64,000 nt of DNA from Oikopleura dioica (Eukaryota > Animalia > Chordata). Every line of letters begins with the position of its first letter. The first letter of the stretch is position 1. The stretch covers positions 8,308,001-8,372,000 of the forward strand of contig OU015568.1 in the NCBI GenBank assembly GCA_907165135.1, given 5' to 3'. The position numbers and the translations under genes are program-made. The notes under the pieces were generated by a model, which was not told where the DNA came from, did not search any database, and saw only the letters and a list, made by a program, of their open reading frames with translations. Shown here piece after piece: positions 1 through 12,816 of this stretch.

Positions 1-196
1 CTTTATTATTTTTACGTGAAATTATTCAAGCCAACATAAGAAAAAAAAGAAAAAAAGAGCGCGAAAACTTCTGGCTCGAAGACTGGATGACTATCTCCGC
101 TCGACGGACGTCACGTGGGAGCCATCTTCTGAGGATCACGTCCTACTACTCTCCCGAGCGCGAATTCAAGATTGAGAGATTTATTTTTATATTTAC

Positions 197-268
197 TTAT
201 TTGGTGACTGAAGTTTTTATCTAAATATTTATTTATTTGGTGACTGAAGTTTTTATCTAAATATTTAT
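197..268. repeat. 36-bp direct tandem duplication
   Basis: TTATTTGGTGACTGAAGTTTTTATCTAAATATTTAT occurs at 197 and again at 233. Confidence 0.9.
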
Positions 269-331
269 TTGTTTATAATAAATTATATATTTTCACTTAT
301 AATAAAACAAGACTGATTTAAACCGGAAGTG

Positions 332-406
332 CACCGGAAGGTCACCGGATGTTATTCTTTTCCGGAAGTTTACCGGAAGAGAATAACATCCGGTGACCTT
401 CCGGTG
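332..406. repeat. Short foldback hairpin built from CCGGAAG/CCGG units
   Basis: 332-358 CACCGGAAGGTCACCGGATGTTATTCT is the exact reverse complement of 380-406. The stem extends to a 7-nt loop (366-372) with one mismatch. Confidence 0.85.
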
Positions 407-1609
407 TTTATATTAGTGTCCTAGTAGTCGGCTTAAATAGATAATTACGACGGACACCCTTAATTCATTTTTCCTACAGGTATCAGAAGCGTTCGTAAAG
501 TTGCCTCCAAGAAATTTACTTTTAAAATTGTCGATAAAACGCTAGAAAGCCGCCACATAATGGTCTATTTTGAGACTCGGAATCAAGATATTTTAGAGTT
601 AAATTGCTAATGACATAACATTACAGTAAGTTTGAGTCTCTAGCTAAGCGACTCTGCGAACAAAAAGTGCTAATACATCACGGGGCAAGACTTGATCAGG
701 TGTTAAAAGGTCTTCTTCTATCTATTTTGGGCTGGGCGCTCTTGACGAGTTTTGGGAGCTTTTGAGTTCATTTGAAGTACCAATTCAATAACCACTTTGT
801 AAAGCAGGATTCAACCAGCAGCTCCCCTAAGTGCATCGCAATTGCTACAATCGCCTCTTAAAAACATGGGAACCCAACATGCTATAACCAGAGCTAGGGT
901 AGCTACGCATTTATAAAGAAAAATAGCCGTGGAGAAGCTGACTTTCAAATACTTGTTATTTTTGACTGAACGACAAGATCAAGCTTTCTCATTACGTTTC
1001 ACAACAAGAAAGAGCGCTCCTACTCTCCCCGTCCCGTCTCACTTCCCCTGTCTCTCTCTTATTCGATTACGCGCAAACCATTCCATCATTTTTTGCCCAT
1101 TCATCAAGTTCTATATTTTTCTATTCCTCTTTCTCCGAGCAGTTCAAATTCCCTCCAGAGGAGGCATTTATTGAAAAGTTCAAAGCAAATCGAAGCTGTC
1201 AAAAGCCGTGAATATTTAATCCTGAAGGTTTGGCTCTGACCTTCGAAATAGGTGTCTTTTCTCCTGAGAAAACGACGGTTTTTTTGCGTCAGAGTCTTCT
1301 GAAACCCTGATTAGCTTTGGTAGAAAAATCTGAGGAAGAAACTGGGTTGAGAGCTGAAATTTTGGCGGAGTTCCAGACCAAGATTTGGAGCAAAAAAGTA
1401 AATGCTAATGCTGGCCACAAAGAGAATCGAGCACACTTATTTGAACTTTATTTTATAACAAACAAAATACGGTTTGCGCTTCGTTTCGCCGAATTCTTTG
1501 GTCACGTGACGGTTCAACCAGGAAGAGGTCGTGAAATCAGCGGTGCTCGACGAAACCAATTCATCAAATTCGCTGATTTTTTATGAATAATAAAATGTGC
1601 TCCATTGAC

Positions 1610-2207
1610 CATTGATGAATGAAAATGACATTCTCGGGACAAAATCCTGACCCCTATGTTTCTTATGCTTTTCTGAAAGCCGGTGATCTGGCGAGTCGAA
1701 TGGTATAAGTAAGGGGTCTTAGTCATCACAAATGACGTCATAGGTTCCCTGTTATTGGTTGAAACCGACCGGGACCTGTAACTTTTAATTTTGTATATAA
1801 AAGTATACTGATTTTAGGCTCATTTAAAAGAGCAGCTCGAGATCTATTTGCGGAGCACTTGCGGGTTGAAAAATTCCCAGGGAAGAAAATTCTAGAACCA
1901 CCTAACCACGTGCTGAAAAATTGAAAACCGGTTGGTTTGCCCAGATTTATAGATCCGCAAATAGATCTCGAGCAGCTCTTTTTAATGAGCCCAAAATCAG
2001 TATACTTTTATGTACACACTTAAAAGTTACAGGTCCCGGTCGGTTTACCCCATATGCCTCTTCAGTCACCCAGAATGACGTCATTTTCTATGACTCAGAC
2101 CCCAAAAAACATACCATTCGACTCCTCAGATCACGAGCTTTCTAATAAGCATGAGAAACCTGGGGGTTAGGATTTTGCCACGAGAATGTGATTTTACTTC
2201 ATCCATT
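1610..2207. mobile_element. Foldback/MITE-like element: ~245-bp imperfect inverted arms, ~100-bp spacer
   Basis: Left arm ...AAACCGACCGGGACCTGTAACTTTTAA...CTCGAGATCTATTTGCGGA (to 1854) pairs with right arm TCCGCAAATAGATCTCGAG...TTAAAAGTTACAGGTCCCGGTCGGTTT (from 1954). The outer parts pair less well. No TSD identified. Confidence 0.75.
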
Positions 2208-2539
2208 GTCGAAAATCTAAGGAAGTTCTGGAGAGAGGTTGATAAATAATAAAAACAGAAAAATCAAAGCTGAACAGATAGCATTATCGAGGTTTTTTAA
2301 ATAATTTGTCGAAAATTATTCCCGGAAAGCGCGCGCAATCAAGTTAGCCCTAATTGAAAGCGATAAGCCGGCTAACAAAAGAAATTAGGACGAGGTTATC
2401 GCCAAATAGGCTCAACGACTTGTTTTTGCTTTTCAAGCCGCTTAGGAACCCTATTTTTCATATAAAAACTGAACTCTATCGTCTCTAAGATCCGGTTATC
2501 CTCTTAAAGAGGAGAAAATTTCAAAATTCACTGAAAATA

Positions 2540-3010
2540 CAACTGTAGAACCGTTGTTTCTTCTAACATCCTAAGCAAACATCCTGCAAGATAAAGACAC
2601 AAGTACTTGTTACTTTTATGAGCATTTATTGGCAATAATTTTTTCGAGATTCGCCTTTGCGAGATCGACTTTGGAAGAGGTTTCGTAATAAGTAAAGATG
2701 TCGGTGTTCGGTCATTTTTGGTTCCGTGGTGTCGTACCAGGCAAACTTGATCCAGCCAACGGACATTCCGTTATCGTCTGCAGTTAGCTTCACTCAGTCG
2801 TCGGTATTCGCACACTTCAGTGCTCAAATTTTGTGCACTGCCCTCATTTCCTGGAAAAACTGAGTTAAAATACAGTATCTCTTTCTGAAAAGTAATCTCT
2901 GAAGTTAGTCTTACCTTCGTATTAGCTCGTTCGGACTATTTAAAATCCGTAGATTGACTTGTTGAAGATTTTGAGCCCTGACATCAACAAAAATTCTAGA
3001 GACAATTTGA
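2540..3010 (-). repeat. Dispersed paralogous segment, copy A (partner at 13484-13970)
   Basis: Shares CTCTAGA..TTTTTGTTGATGTCAGGGCTCAAA, GAAGGTAAGACT, TGGTACGA, ACGAAACCTCTTCC..GCGAATCTCGA.AAAATTATTG.CAATAAA and CTTGTGTCTTT..TTGCAGGATGTT.GCTTAG with copy B. Confidence 0.75.
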
Positions 3011-3554
3011 AAAATTCGCTAAACGGACAATTCGGCATCTAGAGATTTTCTGTCCATTTTCGCCAAGTGTGTTGCTGGCAGATTTCGACAGTGTCACGAC
3101 TGTTACGATTGTTCTTACATTGTTACGAAATGCAAGTCAAATCTCGTGTATCATAATTTTACGTAAATCTTAGTCAAAAGGAGTTAAATTAAGGGGGAGG
3201 AGGACTTAACAACCGTTCATTCAGAATGACTCATTTTTCAAAAGGTTTCAAGATGATACTATTCATCGTTGATATCAAAGAAGAGCCATTCATTCACACT
3301 TTGAAACGGTAATAAATTGGAACGAAAGCGACAGAAAGCATTTTCTATTTTTTGGCAATCTGAGAAACAATTATAAGTTCAAAGTTTTTACGAGACAAAG
3401 AAGAAGCGGATAAAGAGCAAGTCAAATACAAAAAGAAGAAATTATACGCGATAATTCGCCATTCTTAAAATAAAAACTCCTGCCATTGGTTATTTTTTCA
3501 AGTGGGACTTTGAGAGAAAGAGACAAGCAAAAATACAAAACCTAAAAATTGACT

Positions 3555-5486
3555 ATGGAAGTTGACGAGTGCAACAATCAGATTTCAGGTAAGTCAGCAT
3601 TATTTAGTCATAAATTATTTTATTGATCTGTGTAATGAAGCAAAAACGTCGTTAACTCGGTGTTTGGTAAATGATGTTATGAATAGACAAAGGAGCCTTT
3701 TTGTCGCCTCTAGTCTTCTATGATCGCAGAAAGAGATGTTGATTTTTGGTTGTCAGGTTTGAAGAAGGACAATGAGAAAATGACCAGTGAAGGTGATGGG
3801 AAATCGCCGAGATGGCAAATCGTTTTTACGAAGATTTATACAACAGGTACGTTTAATAATTTTGTAATTTCGGTTGAAACGACCGGAAATCTTGCGGACG
3901 ATCTTGACATCATTTTTCATTAGTCGGTGTCTTTTTCGGCTTGGGCTGGATCGGACTCGGTTGGTACATGAACCACGCGGACGTAGTCGAGCACTTCAAA
4001 GACGTAGAAGATGCACTACAAGAAACAAATGAGGTCCACGATGCTGCCATCATCGATGTGGACGATTTTCAACGAGTCAGTAAATATCTTGAAGCCCTTG
4101 GAACCGTCATCGTTATTTTTTCGTACGCCGAGTTTTTGGCTCATAGTTCCTTTAAGTTTTTTAGTTGCTTGGGACACGTGATGATTTTCATCAAGAACAA
4201 AGTTGGAATGGCACTTTTCTCGGCTTATCTTTGTTGCTCGCTTTTGTTTGTTACTGTAGTCGGAATCGGTAAGACATAAGGAGGACCTCTGGTCATCAGA
4301 GCTGTTTTAGTGTTGTTACAAAACGGCGAGAAAATAATGACAAAAGTGAAGCAGGACTCGATCCGTTTCTGGAAAATGTCTGTTCATCCTTTGAGCCCGA
4401 TCGACAAATATCTCCGGCGATACGAGGCCTCCCGCGGTTGCTGTGGCTGGAACAACGCCATAGATTATTGCGACCAAAAGGCAGTCGAAGATTTGATGGA
4501 GTCGGTGATTGATGAAGGAGTCACCGAAAATATCATCAAGGTTTCTAGCTTTTAGCCCATAAAATCCTAGTTGAATTTCAGTACGATCCGAGCCTCCGAG
4601 ATGCCAAAGAAGATGGCTCGTTTTCTGACGATTATGCCGGCTATTCAGACTACAGTTATGATGAATATGCAACAAGCTATAGTTCAAATGAAACAGACTC
4701 GTTGAAAGGCAGTACTCCTGATGATTCTTCTTTGTACAGTTTCGCTGATTCTGACTCGGAAATTGTCGATTGCAACGAAAATGATTCGTACAACGGCGAT
4801 GAATCGTGTATTTGCGCGACGATTGAGCAGTTTGCCGACAGCTCAGTATCGACCGGGCTTGAAAATCTCAAGCAAACAGTTTGTGTCCACGACACTCCTC
4901 TTTGCTATCATGATTCTTACGACGATGCTTGCTTCAGTCACAAGTACATATTTAAACTGATCAAAAGGGTTTAACAATTTTTAAGTTCGTCAGAGCCCTG
5001 GCGTTCTACAGGCGATATCAGAAGAGATGTTTACCTGGTAAACGTTTGCCATGAAAATACTTGCTTTTTGAATGGGTGCGGCGATTTGATTTCCTCGGAG
5101 TTCAGGAAGAATATTCTTGGATGGCTCGTCGCGCTCATGATTGACTAGGAGTTTTGAAACAATTATTCTGACTCTTTGCGAATTTAAAAAAGCTTCAAAA
5201 CCCCCTTGAAAGTGAGCACACTCTTCTACCTCTTCGGCTTGTCAATAAGCATCAAATTGACTCGTGATTTCTGGCAGTTGTCGCAGCGGGAAGAACTAGC
5301 TAAGGTTCAACTATTGTTTATAAAGTCAAAGTTTGGAATATTTTATGAACCCGAATGAAAGCAAAAGCCCGGGAAAAATTAATTCGAAGAAAGACTGTTG
5401 CAAAAAAGAATTGGAAAACTGCCCGGCGACAGATTTCTATGCGGCGTAAATTTCAAACAGGAGAAAATGTCCCGCTGAATCAATGA
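3555..5486 (+). CDS. Divergent tetraspanin-like protein A (multi-exon; ends approximate)
   Basis: Exons encode hydrophobic helices (LGWIGLGWY; LGTVIVIFSYA/FFSCLGH; FSAYLCCSLLFVTVVGIG; STLFYLFGLSISI), a CCG motif (RGCCGWNNAIDYCD) and a terminal NGC before the last helix, the layout of a tetraspanin EC2. It is paralogous to the gene at 5750. Confidence 0.65.
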
Positions 5487-5749
5487 AGAAGCAAATCATC
5501 CAGAGCTATAATTTCTGCCAATAAATAATTTCGCTACGAAGTTTAAATAATGAAAAGAATAAAATGTCATTGTCGTCAAAAATGGATAGAACTGCTGAGT
5601 TTCGTAATTGTAAGCGAGGCTGTGTGTATTTTAAGACAATATTTGAGCCCGTTTGTAAAGCGTAAATAGTGACTAGCTTGCTGAAGGGAAAGGAAAAAAA
5701 TTACATGCGATAGTGGATAAAATAAAGAGGAGAGAGAAAAAGAAAGAAA

Positions 5750-7367
5750 ATGGCGACGGAAAATGAAATAAAGTTTCCAGGGTGGGTGAAGAGAATATTT
5801 TGCATGGGTGGAACAGAAACAGCTAAAAGCAGGAGAGACAAGATTGATAATACTGAAAATTTCATCAAGATTTTCTGCTCCGTCGGGATTGTTACTGGAT
5901 TGTTGATAATTTGGGCGGGCATTTACTGTAGCAACGCCGATGTTATTCAGGAAAGGGTTTTGCAAGAAACAAGTCTCCGCAGTTGTCTCAGAAGGAAACC
6001 TTATGAAGGAATACGACGCATTACAAGAATCGGGCAATAATCGAGATGCAGCAATAATCGACGTCGAAGATTTTAAAAAACTCAGCGTAATCTTCATCTT
6101 CGTTGGATTTATTGTATCTTTTTTCTCGTAAGAAGAAATTTTCTGGGGAGGGTATTTCAAGTCTATTTCAGTTTATTTGGGTTAACTTGTGTTTTGAATC
6201 ACGAATACATGTTTTTTCGAAAGTCACTGCTAGTTTTTTCGTTTGGATATCTTCTTTTCTTCCAGATACTTCTTGTCGCCTCGATTTTAAGTAATGAAAA
6301 ATAATCAAATTCGGAAACAATCCTTTACTTTAGCTTTTGCGGTGAATGCTAAGGACATCAACGCGAAGATAAAACAGGACTCTGTCCGTTTCTGGAGAAT
6401 GGCGACTCATCCGGCCAGTCCTTTTGACAAGTTCCTTCGTCGCTACGAAATGGACAACAACTGCTGCGGCTGGAACAACGCGATTGATTACTGCGATCAA
6501 ACGGCACTGTATTCGTTGATGGAAACTGTCATAGATCAGAAAGCCACATTGAAGGCAATCAATGTAAGGGGGTTGACTAGAAGCCTTTTTAATGATAACA
6601 ACTTTCAGTACAATGCCGATGCAGAAACAGACTACAGCTCGTCGTTTTATCCCGAGTACAGTTCGAATGTGTACTCCGTTGACTACTCGAGCTCCTCAAA
6701 CGATGCTCTAAAGTCCGCTAGCGATTACGGCTACTGCTCAGACGAAGAAGAATATGATGGCGACGAAGCCTGCATATGCAATACTGTTGAGAGCTTTGGA
6801 AGTGCCGGAAACGGCTTTTTGGACCTAAAATATTTGACCTGTATCCACAACTCTGAAGTTTGCCACTTTTCAGAAAGCATCACTTGTGCTTCGGATAATC
6901 CCGAGTAGGACAATTTTAATCGAAATCGAATTTGATCATCCCTTTTAGAGAGGAGGAGTATCAGCCCTGGAGAACAACTGCTTTTCCTCAGAATATTTCT
7001 ATCAGTGAAGTTTGTGGCGCCGAAACATGCTTTATCAACGGCTGTGGTGATATTTTCTCGGACGACTTTTGGAAATACGGATTTACCAGGCCTGGTTCAA
7101 TTGAAGTTATTTACAAATAGCCCAGCTTTTTTCCACGATTGTTAAGAATTGTGTATTTTGAACCAAGTTTTTAGCATGCTCTTGGTTGCATTTGGAAGTA
7201 GTGCTTTCTTCACATTGGGTTTTTTCAAGACAATCCAGTTTACGATTCTCGTATGGAATAAAACAAAAATATCTCTTACAGAAAGTAATAGATTTTTGAG
7301 ACCTTTCTCCGATCTTTTCTCCGTAAAAAAAACAAGCACTAAAGCGGAACTTGAACCTCTTAATTGA
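5750..7367 (+). CDS. Divergent tetraspanin-like protein B
   Basis: TM1 FIKIFCSVGIVTGLLIIWAGIY, DAAIIDVEDF shared with gene A, NNCCGWNNAIDYCD, ETCFINGC, TM4 MLLVAFGSSAFFTLGFF. Confidence 0.7.
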
Positions 7368-7608
7368 TTAAAACTCTTCGTTCATTTTCACTCCTGACGA
7401 TCACGTTTTCCTGACTGCATAAATTGAACAAAATACTGCTTTATCTTTTATGAACGAAAATAAAGACTGTTGTTTTCTGTGAAGGCTACCGCTTTGACCT
7501 CTGTAATTCTAGACTCCCATGAGTCATGGCCCATGACCTTGATTCTTTGTTGCGCAAATAATTCGGGCATCGAAAGAGCTCGCATAAAGAAGTCATCATT
7601 TTCACAAA

Positions 7609-9598
7609 ATGGAAATTCTGTCAAAACTGCATACGATGATCCCGTATGAATTCCTGGTCGAAAGAGATAAATTGGCCGAATATTTAGAGACAGCTAAAGA
7701 ATATTTCAATGAAAGCAATAAAGAATCGACAGTTCGAAAGGCCTTTCTGGCGATTTCAGCGATCGTGACAGTGAAAACGACTTATTCGCTGCTGAAAATG
7801 ACAATATTCAATCCAATTCCAGCACATGATTATCCAAAAAGCAGAGACGAAAATGCAAAAGTCATGAGAAAAGCCATGCAAAATGGAACTTTACCGAAAG
7901 TTTATCGCGCGAATATTTTTCCCGGGTCAACACTAAGGAATCGAGTTTTTCCTTGATTTCTCGATAAATATTAGTTAAGAAAAAACTTAGCCAAGCAACA
8001 CGTTTGTCATCACAGATTTCGACCTAATGAAGGAGGCATTCTCTCGCCGGGAAATGTCGCATCGCGAAAATGGGGAAAATGTGAAAAAGGAATATCAAAA
8101 CATTGTTAAAAGAATAAAAATTGATCGAATTGCTGCGAGTATTCTTGGAGAAGATGACAAGATCTTTAAAAATGGCCCGGGTTTTTTCATGGGATTTGCT
8201 TCGGGGCCATTTGATGACTTTCATCGATCCGGCAGAACTGATTGGCATTCTACATTGAAGGTATTTTTCATAAAGAGATTCAACCACTTTTTTGTCTCTT
8301 TTAGAAACTTGTTGGGAAGAATCGTGTGGCCGAAGTCGTCAAAGAAAATTCTCAAAAGCTTGTTCAAAGACTCTTAGAAAAAGGAAATACGAAAGAGGGA
8401 ATCGACCCTAAAATAATTCTCATCAATACGGTATTGACAACAACAACGAGCTTTTCTTTCGGGAAGAATTACGAAGATGATGATCCAGAATTTCTCCAAG
8501 TGCGTGATTGGATTGACGAATATATCGATGGATTTCTTTACCTTGCTTTGAAATATACAACTCTTGATCTGTTCCCATCTTGGTTCGGCCAGTCTGATTT
8601 CTATTTCAATCTTTGGGCGAAATCGCCACTTCAAAAGCTCTACAAGGCAATGCCACACTTCATGACCTATATTTTCGAGCAGGTCAAAGAGGCGAGGAAG
8701 GGACTCGACAAAGAAAATCCCCGGCATTTTCTTGATATGCTCATAATACGAGCTGACGAAGAGCCTCGCTGGGGATACTTTCAGCTTGCAGCCACAATTA
8801 TCAACATTTACGCTGCTACGGGGGACACCCTTAGGTATAGGGCTCAGCAATCTATAGCGTCCGATTGACCTCCATTTTAGCAACACAATGCTTTGGTTGC
8901 TGATGACTCTCGCAGATAATCCAGAAATCCAAGAAAAGATGCATGAAGAAATCAAAGAAGCGCGAATGAAGGATCCTTATTTAAACCCTGCTGACATTCC
9001 ATACACACGATCGGTTCTTTTAGAAAACCAGCGAAGAAACCCAATCACTGACTCGCTTGCTCATATGGTCTCGGAAGAAACCGTCGTTCAAGGGGTCGTT
9101 TTTCCCAAAAACTCGACAGTCATTGGTTTGCAATTATCAGTATTCTTAGATTATAGATTCATTTAAGGTTCACTCACGTCGATTATGTTGAATCCAAAGT
9201 ATTTTCCAGAGTCTGAAAAATTTATTCCTGATCGTCAGAGTTAAAATTTCATGGCTTTAATTACATTTCATTAAATCAAATAGGACTATTTTTATAGAAA
9301 ATTATGAACTCTGCAAAAAGCTTCCTCAAAAACGGAAAATACCGGCCAGATCAAAAAGTCTGCCCATTCGGAGTTGGCCTTCGCGACTGCATTGGTAAAT
9401 CGCTCGCACTCGAAAAGTACATCGGCTTTGCGACAGAAATTGTGGAAAATATTAAAATAACCAGGTTTATAAATTAAAATATTCGGATATTCATTTTATT
9501 AACTAACATTCAGAATTGCTGGTGATCACTCGCTTGCTGCTCATGATATTTTGCACATCCCGAAATCTGATATTCGACTTCGATTTCAGCCGCGATAA
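7609..9598 (+). CDS. Cytochrome P450 (probably CYP2 clan), multi-exon
   Basis: Heme motif FGVGLRDCIG (~9368-9397), K-helix ENQR, PDR at the PERF position, I-helix NIYAATGDTL, N-terminal TM anchor; short GT-AG introns (e.g. 8836-8880, 9465-9513). Confidence 0.93.
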
Positions 9599-9862
9599 AG
9601 TAACATTTAATCATTGCTCATTCTTTCTGCTGAATACTCTCATCATTAAAATATCATGAAAGTAAATAATAAAAACTAATTTGCTGATAAATCGGTAATA
9701 GATTCGTTATTGAAAGACTGATGGGGTTAACACGGGTCGGGTCAGCAAGGGTCGTGGGTAAAACAACTATGGTGGTCAGACCACCCTTTGAGTTAATAAA
9801 AGGACAAAGAAATAGCCTGCCTATATAATCCGACTACTGACTCGGATCAAGCAATCTAAAAG

Positions 9863-10844
9863 ATGGCGAGAACCGTTATAATTACTGGGAGCTCTTGTGG
9901 AATCGGTGCAGCAGCAGCTCGACTTTTCGCCCAAAAAGGATACAACGTGGTCATTCATGGAAGAAACAAAGAGAAATTGAAACAAGTTCATGACGAGCTG
10001 AAAGAGATTGGACCGGGGGGAGTTCATGTGGTCGAGTTGGAGCTTTCAAATATATCTGGTAATTCTGATACATTTGGAGGTCCATACCAGTAGTATTAGA
10101 AATTCCGCGATTGGTAAAAGAAACAGTCGAAATCTTTGGCGGAATCGACGTTCTTGTCAACAATGCTGCCCTCCTCACTCAAGGAAACATCGACCAAGTA
10201 ACGGAGGAAGAAACGGACAATGTTTTTGCCGTCAATGTCAAAGCCAGGATCGCTATTTTTTCTCAGCAGAGCAATCACTCTTCGCTCAATTTTTGATAGA
10301 AAAAATAGATCCCTCGACTAAGCCCCAATGTTTCTGATTAAAGAAGCTCTTCCTTTTATCAAAAAAGCCAAAGGAGCTATTGTCAATGTCTCTTCTGTCG
10401 CCGGCATGCGTCCGACAAACAGTATAATTCTCGCCGGTTAAGACAAAGTTTTAAAATCATAAATAAGATAGTTTGATTTATGCAATGACGAAGGCGGCTC
10501 TAGATCACATGAGCATCACTCTCTCTGGAAATCTAGCGCTTGATGGGATCCGAGTCAATTCTGTCAACCCTGCTGTTGTTATGACTGATATTTGGAAGAA
10601 AACCTTCGATGTAACTGACGAGACAATGCCTGTTGTCATGGAAAAATTCAAAGAGATGCAGCCAATGGGAATTCTATCGGAGGAAGAATGTGCACACGTA
10701 TAATTATAAAAATTGTTCAATCAATGATCGTCTATTTAGCTTATTTGGACATGTGCTGACCCCGATCTTCCAAGTTTGACCGGGCAACGAATTGGTCTTA
10801 CTGCTGGTATCCATGTGAATAAACCTTGGATCGCTCCTTTTTGA
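9863..10844 (+). CDS. Short-chain dehydrogenase/reductase (classical SDR)
   Basis: TGSSCGIG (TGxxxGxG), NNAA, IVNVSSVAG, catalytic YAMTK, RVNSVNP; five exons. Confidence 0.93.
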
Positions 10845-10976
10845 ATCAAAAATTTTGATTCTTAATCACTGAAAACATAACTTAGCTGATCGTCAAGAAA
10901 ATAAATTACGCAATAGATATGTCTGCGAATGATTTTCAATCTTATGATCAATTATTTTATAATCGCAAATTGTGAT

Positions 10977-12043
10977 TCACAATATTTTATAAACAGCGTT
11001 TAATATCATAAGACTTCCAATCGGAAGATACATTTTTCTTCCTCCAGACTTCAAGACAGGCAATAGCTGTCTATCTTTCGTAGCAACGGCCAGATGGTAA
11101 ACAACTTCTTGGATCCAGTCTCGATATGCAGAAACTCTCGTGTAAACTCCCGGTTTTCCCGCGTCCCCACAAAGACGTCCTCCAAACGAAACGACTCCAG
11201 CGAGCAAAATCTTGTTTTCAACGTAGCAATAAAAAGGACCACCACTGTCGCCCTAAATTATTGTTAAAAAACGAGCGTCAAAGGGAAATGACCATGCAAC
11301 TGTCGCCATGAAGCTCTCCATCTGATTCTTTTCCAATCGCGCAAATTTGAGATTGAGTGTCGATTTGAGGCCATGCTCGTTTGCAAACGTTGTTTTCAAG
11401 AATTGTTAGGGGTACTTTATGCAGTGTTTCAGGCCTAGAACAAAGACATCTACGGTCAAATGTCTTAGAGAAACCTTGTTCTTTGATTATCAATCAATCC
11501 CCAGCCAGCAGCAAAGCATCTTTCCCAAGGCAAATGCTTCTCTCTCGGAAGCATAATAAACTCTTGAATCGTCGCAGTAGAATTGATCTCAAGCTGCAGA
11601 ATCGCCAAGTCGTCGAAAACTCGTTTCATCTGAAATCCAGGAAAGACGAAAATCTTCTCAATTCGAAATCGCTGCATTGAGCGGCCGCGACTCTGAAAGA
11701 CGGAGCTTTGTGTGCTTCCTATGATGACGGAAATTGCATCCAACGAGACTAGAGACAGGTCAGCTTCTGGTTCTTGCATTTGAGCTTCGAAGTTTTGGGA
11801 GACGAAACAGTGGGCAGCTTGAAAAGATTCAAAATATTTGGCCATGGAAAACTAACCTGAAATGACAAACTGCGGCGAAATGAGAGTTCCACCACACAAG
11901 TCCGTCCCATAATGATGCATAATATTTATCTGAACGGCCCATGGAACATTTTCGATAGTTTCAGGAGAGCCTCCAACGATTCTCTCAATCTGCTCGCAAG
12001 AAATTTCATGAAAAAATAAGCAGAAAAAATACCTAAGCATCAT
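10977..12043 (-). CDS. Secreted trypsin-like serine protease (S1A)
   Basis: Signal peptide, activation site R/IVGG, AAHC, DDLAIL, GDSCM/GDSGGP (Asp at the S1 pocket position) and PGVYTRVS. The last exon boundary is not fully certain. Confidence 0.93.
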
Positions 12044-12233
12044 TTTTAGGCACTGAGATTTGTTTCCTGTCTCCTTTGATTGCTGTCTGATTGTTTTTGA
12101 CTTTTAAATTATTGATTTTAAATAAATAACAAACACAATTAGTTTTACTAATTTATTTCATTGCAAAACTCTTCATAATTTTATCAACAATCAACGAAAA
12201 GATAATCTGCCAAAAAAGCGATCGAAAAAAGTT

Positions 12234-12319
12234 TCCGTCGAACCGGATTCGAACCAGTGACCTAGAGATAACTGCTGACCCTCTACAGTCTCCCGCTCTG
12301 CCAACTGAGCTATCGACGG
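12234..12319 (-). tRNA. tRNA-Tyr: tRNA-Tyr(GTA) with 13-nt intron (12270-12282)
   Basis: CCGTCGA/TCGACGG acceptor stem, A box, anticodon GTA (12284-12286), intron one base 3' of the anticodon, GGTTCGAATCC B box, T6 Pol III terminator just downstream. Confidence 0.96.
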
Positions 12320-12816
12320 CTGAAGTGGGTTCCAAAAATTGCGGATATATTGCAAGTACTTGCATTAAAAATTCTAGCGCTGAAAGAAATCGACAAAATC
12401 AAATTTGAGAGTCAAAAATTTTGAGATATTTTGCTTCGCCATTTCTTCAAAATATTTGGTTAAGCAATGTTTCTTGAACCTGTTTCTCAGATCACAGAGG
12501 ATTCCCTTGATCCTTCAGGTTCTCTCTCAGCACGAGTTCATTCATCCCGTCCCAGTTGAAAACGAATCCTTTAGGCAATTAGCGACTAATTTCCAGGAGC
12601 TTTTGATCATCGAACGCGAAACATGCTTTGCAACAGCTTGCACGCAGATGCCATCTGAATCTGATCGCTATTTCGCCTGATGCTTATCTCATCCCTTCTT
12701 TGAAACAATCCTTGTTAGTAATTTCCTCTGATCACAGCTGGATGCCATCCAAAAGAGGGCGCGCGCCTTAGGCGGATAAAAACCCGGCGCTCGGTCGCGA
12801 AAATAGAAAAAACACC

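Noticed and set aside
8374-8955. 193-aa minus-strand ORF (likewise 5576-6160, 44884-45306, 57889-58407, 56879-57283)
   Set aside because: Each overlaps a well-supported gene on the opposite strand and has no recognisable domain.
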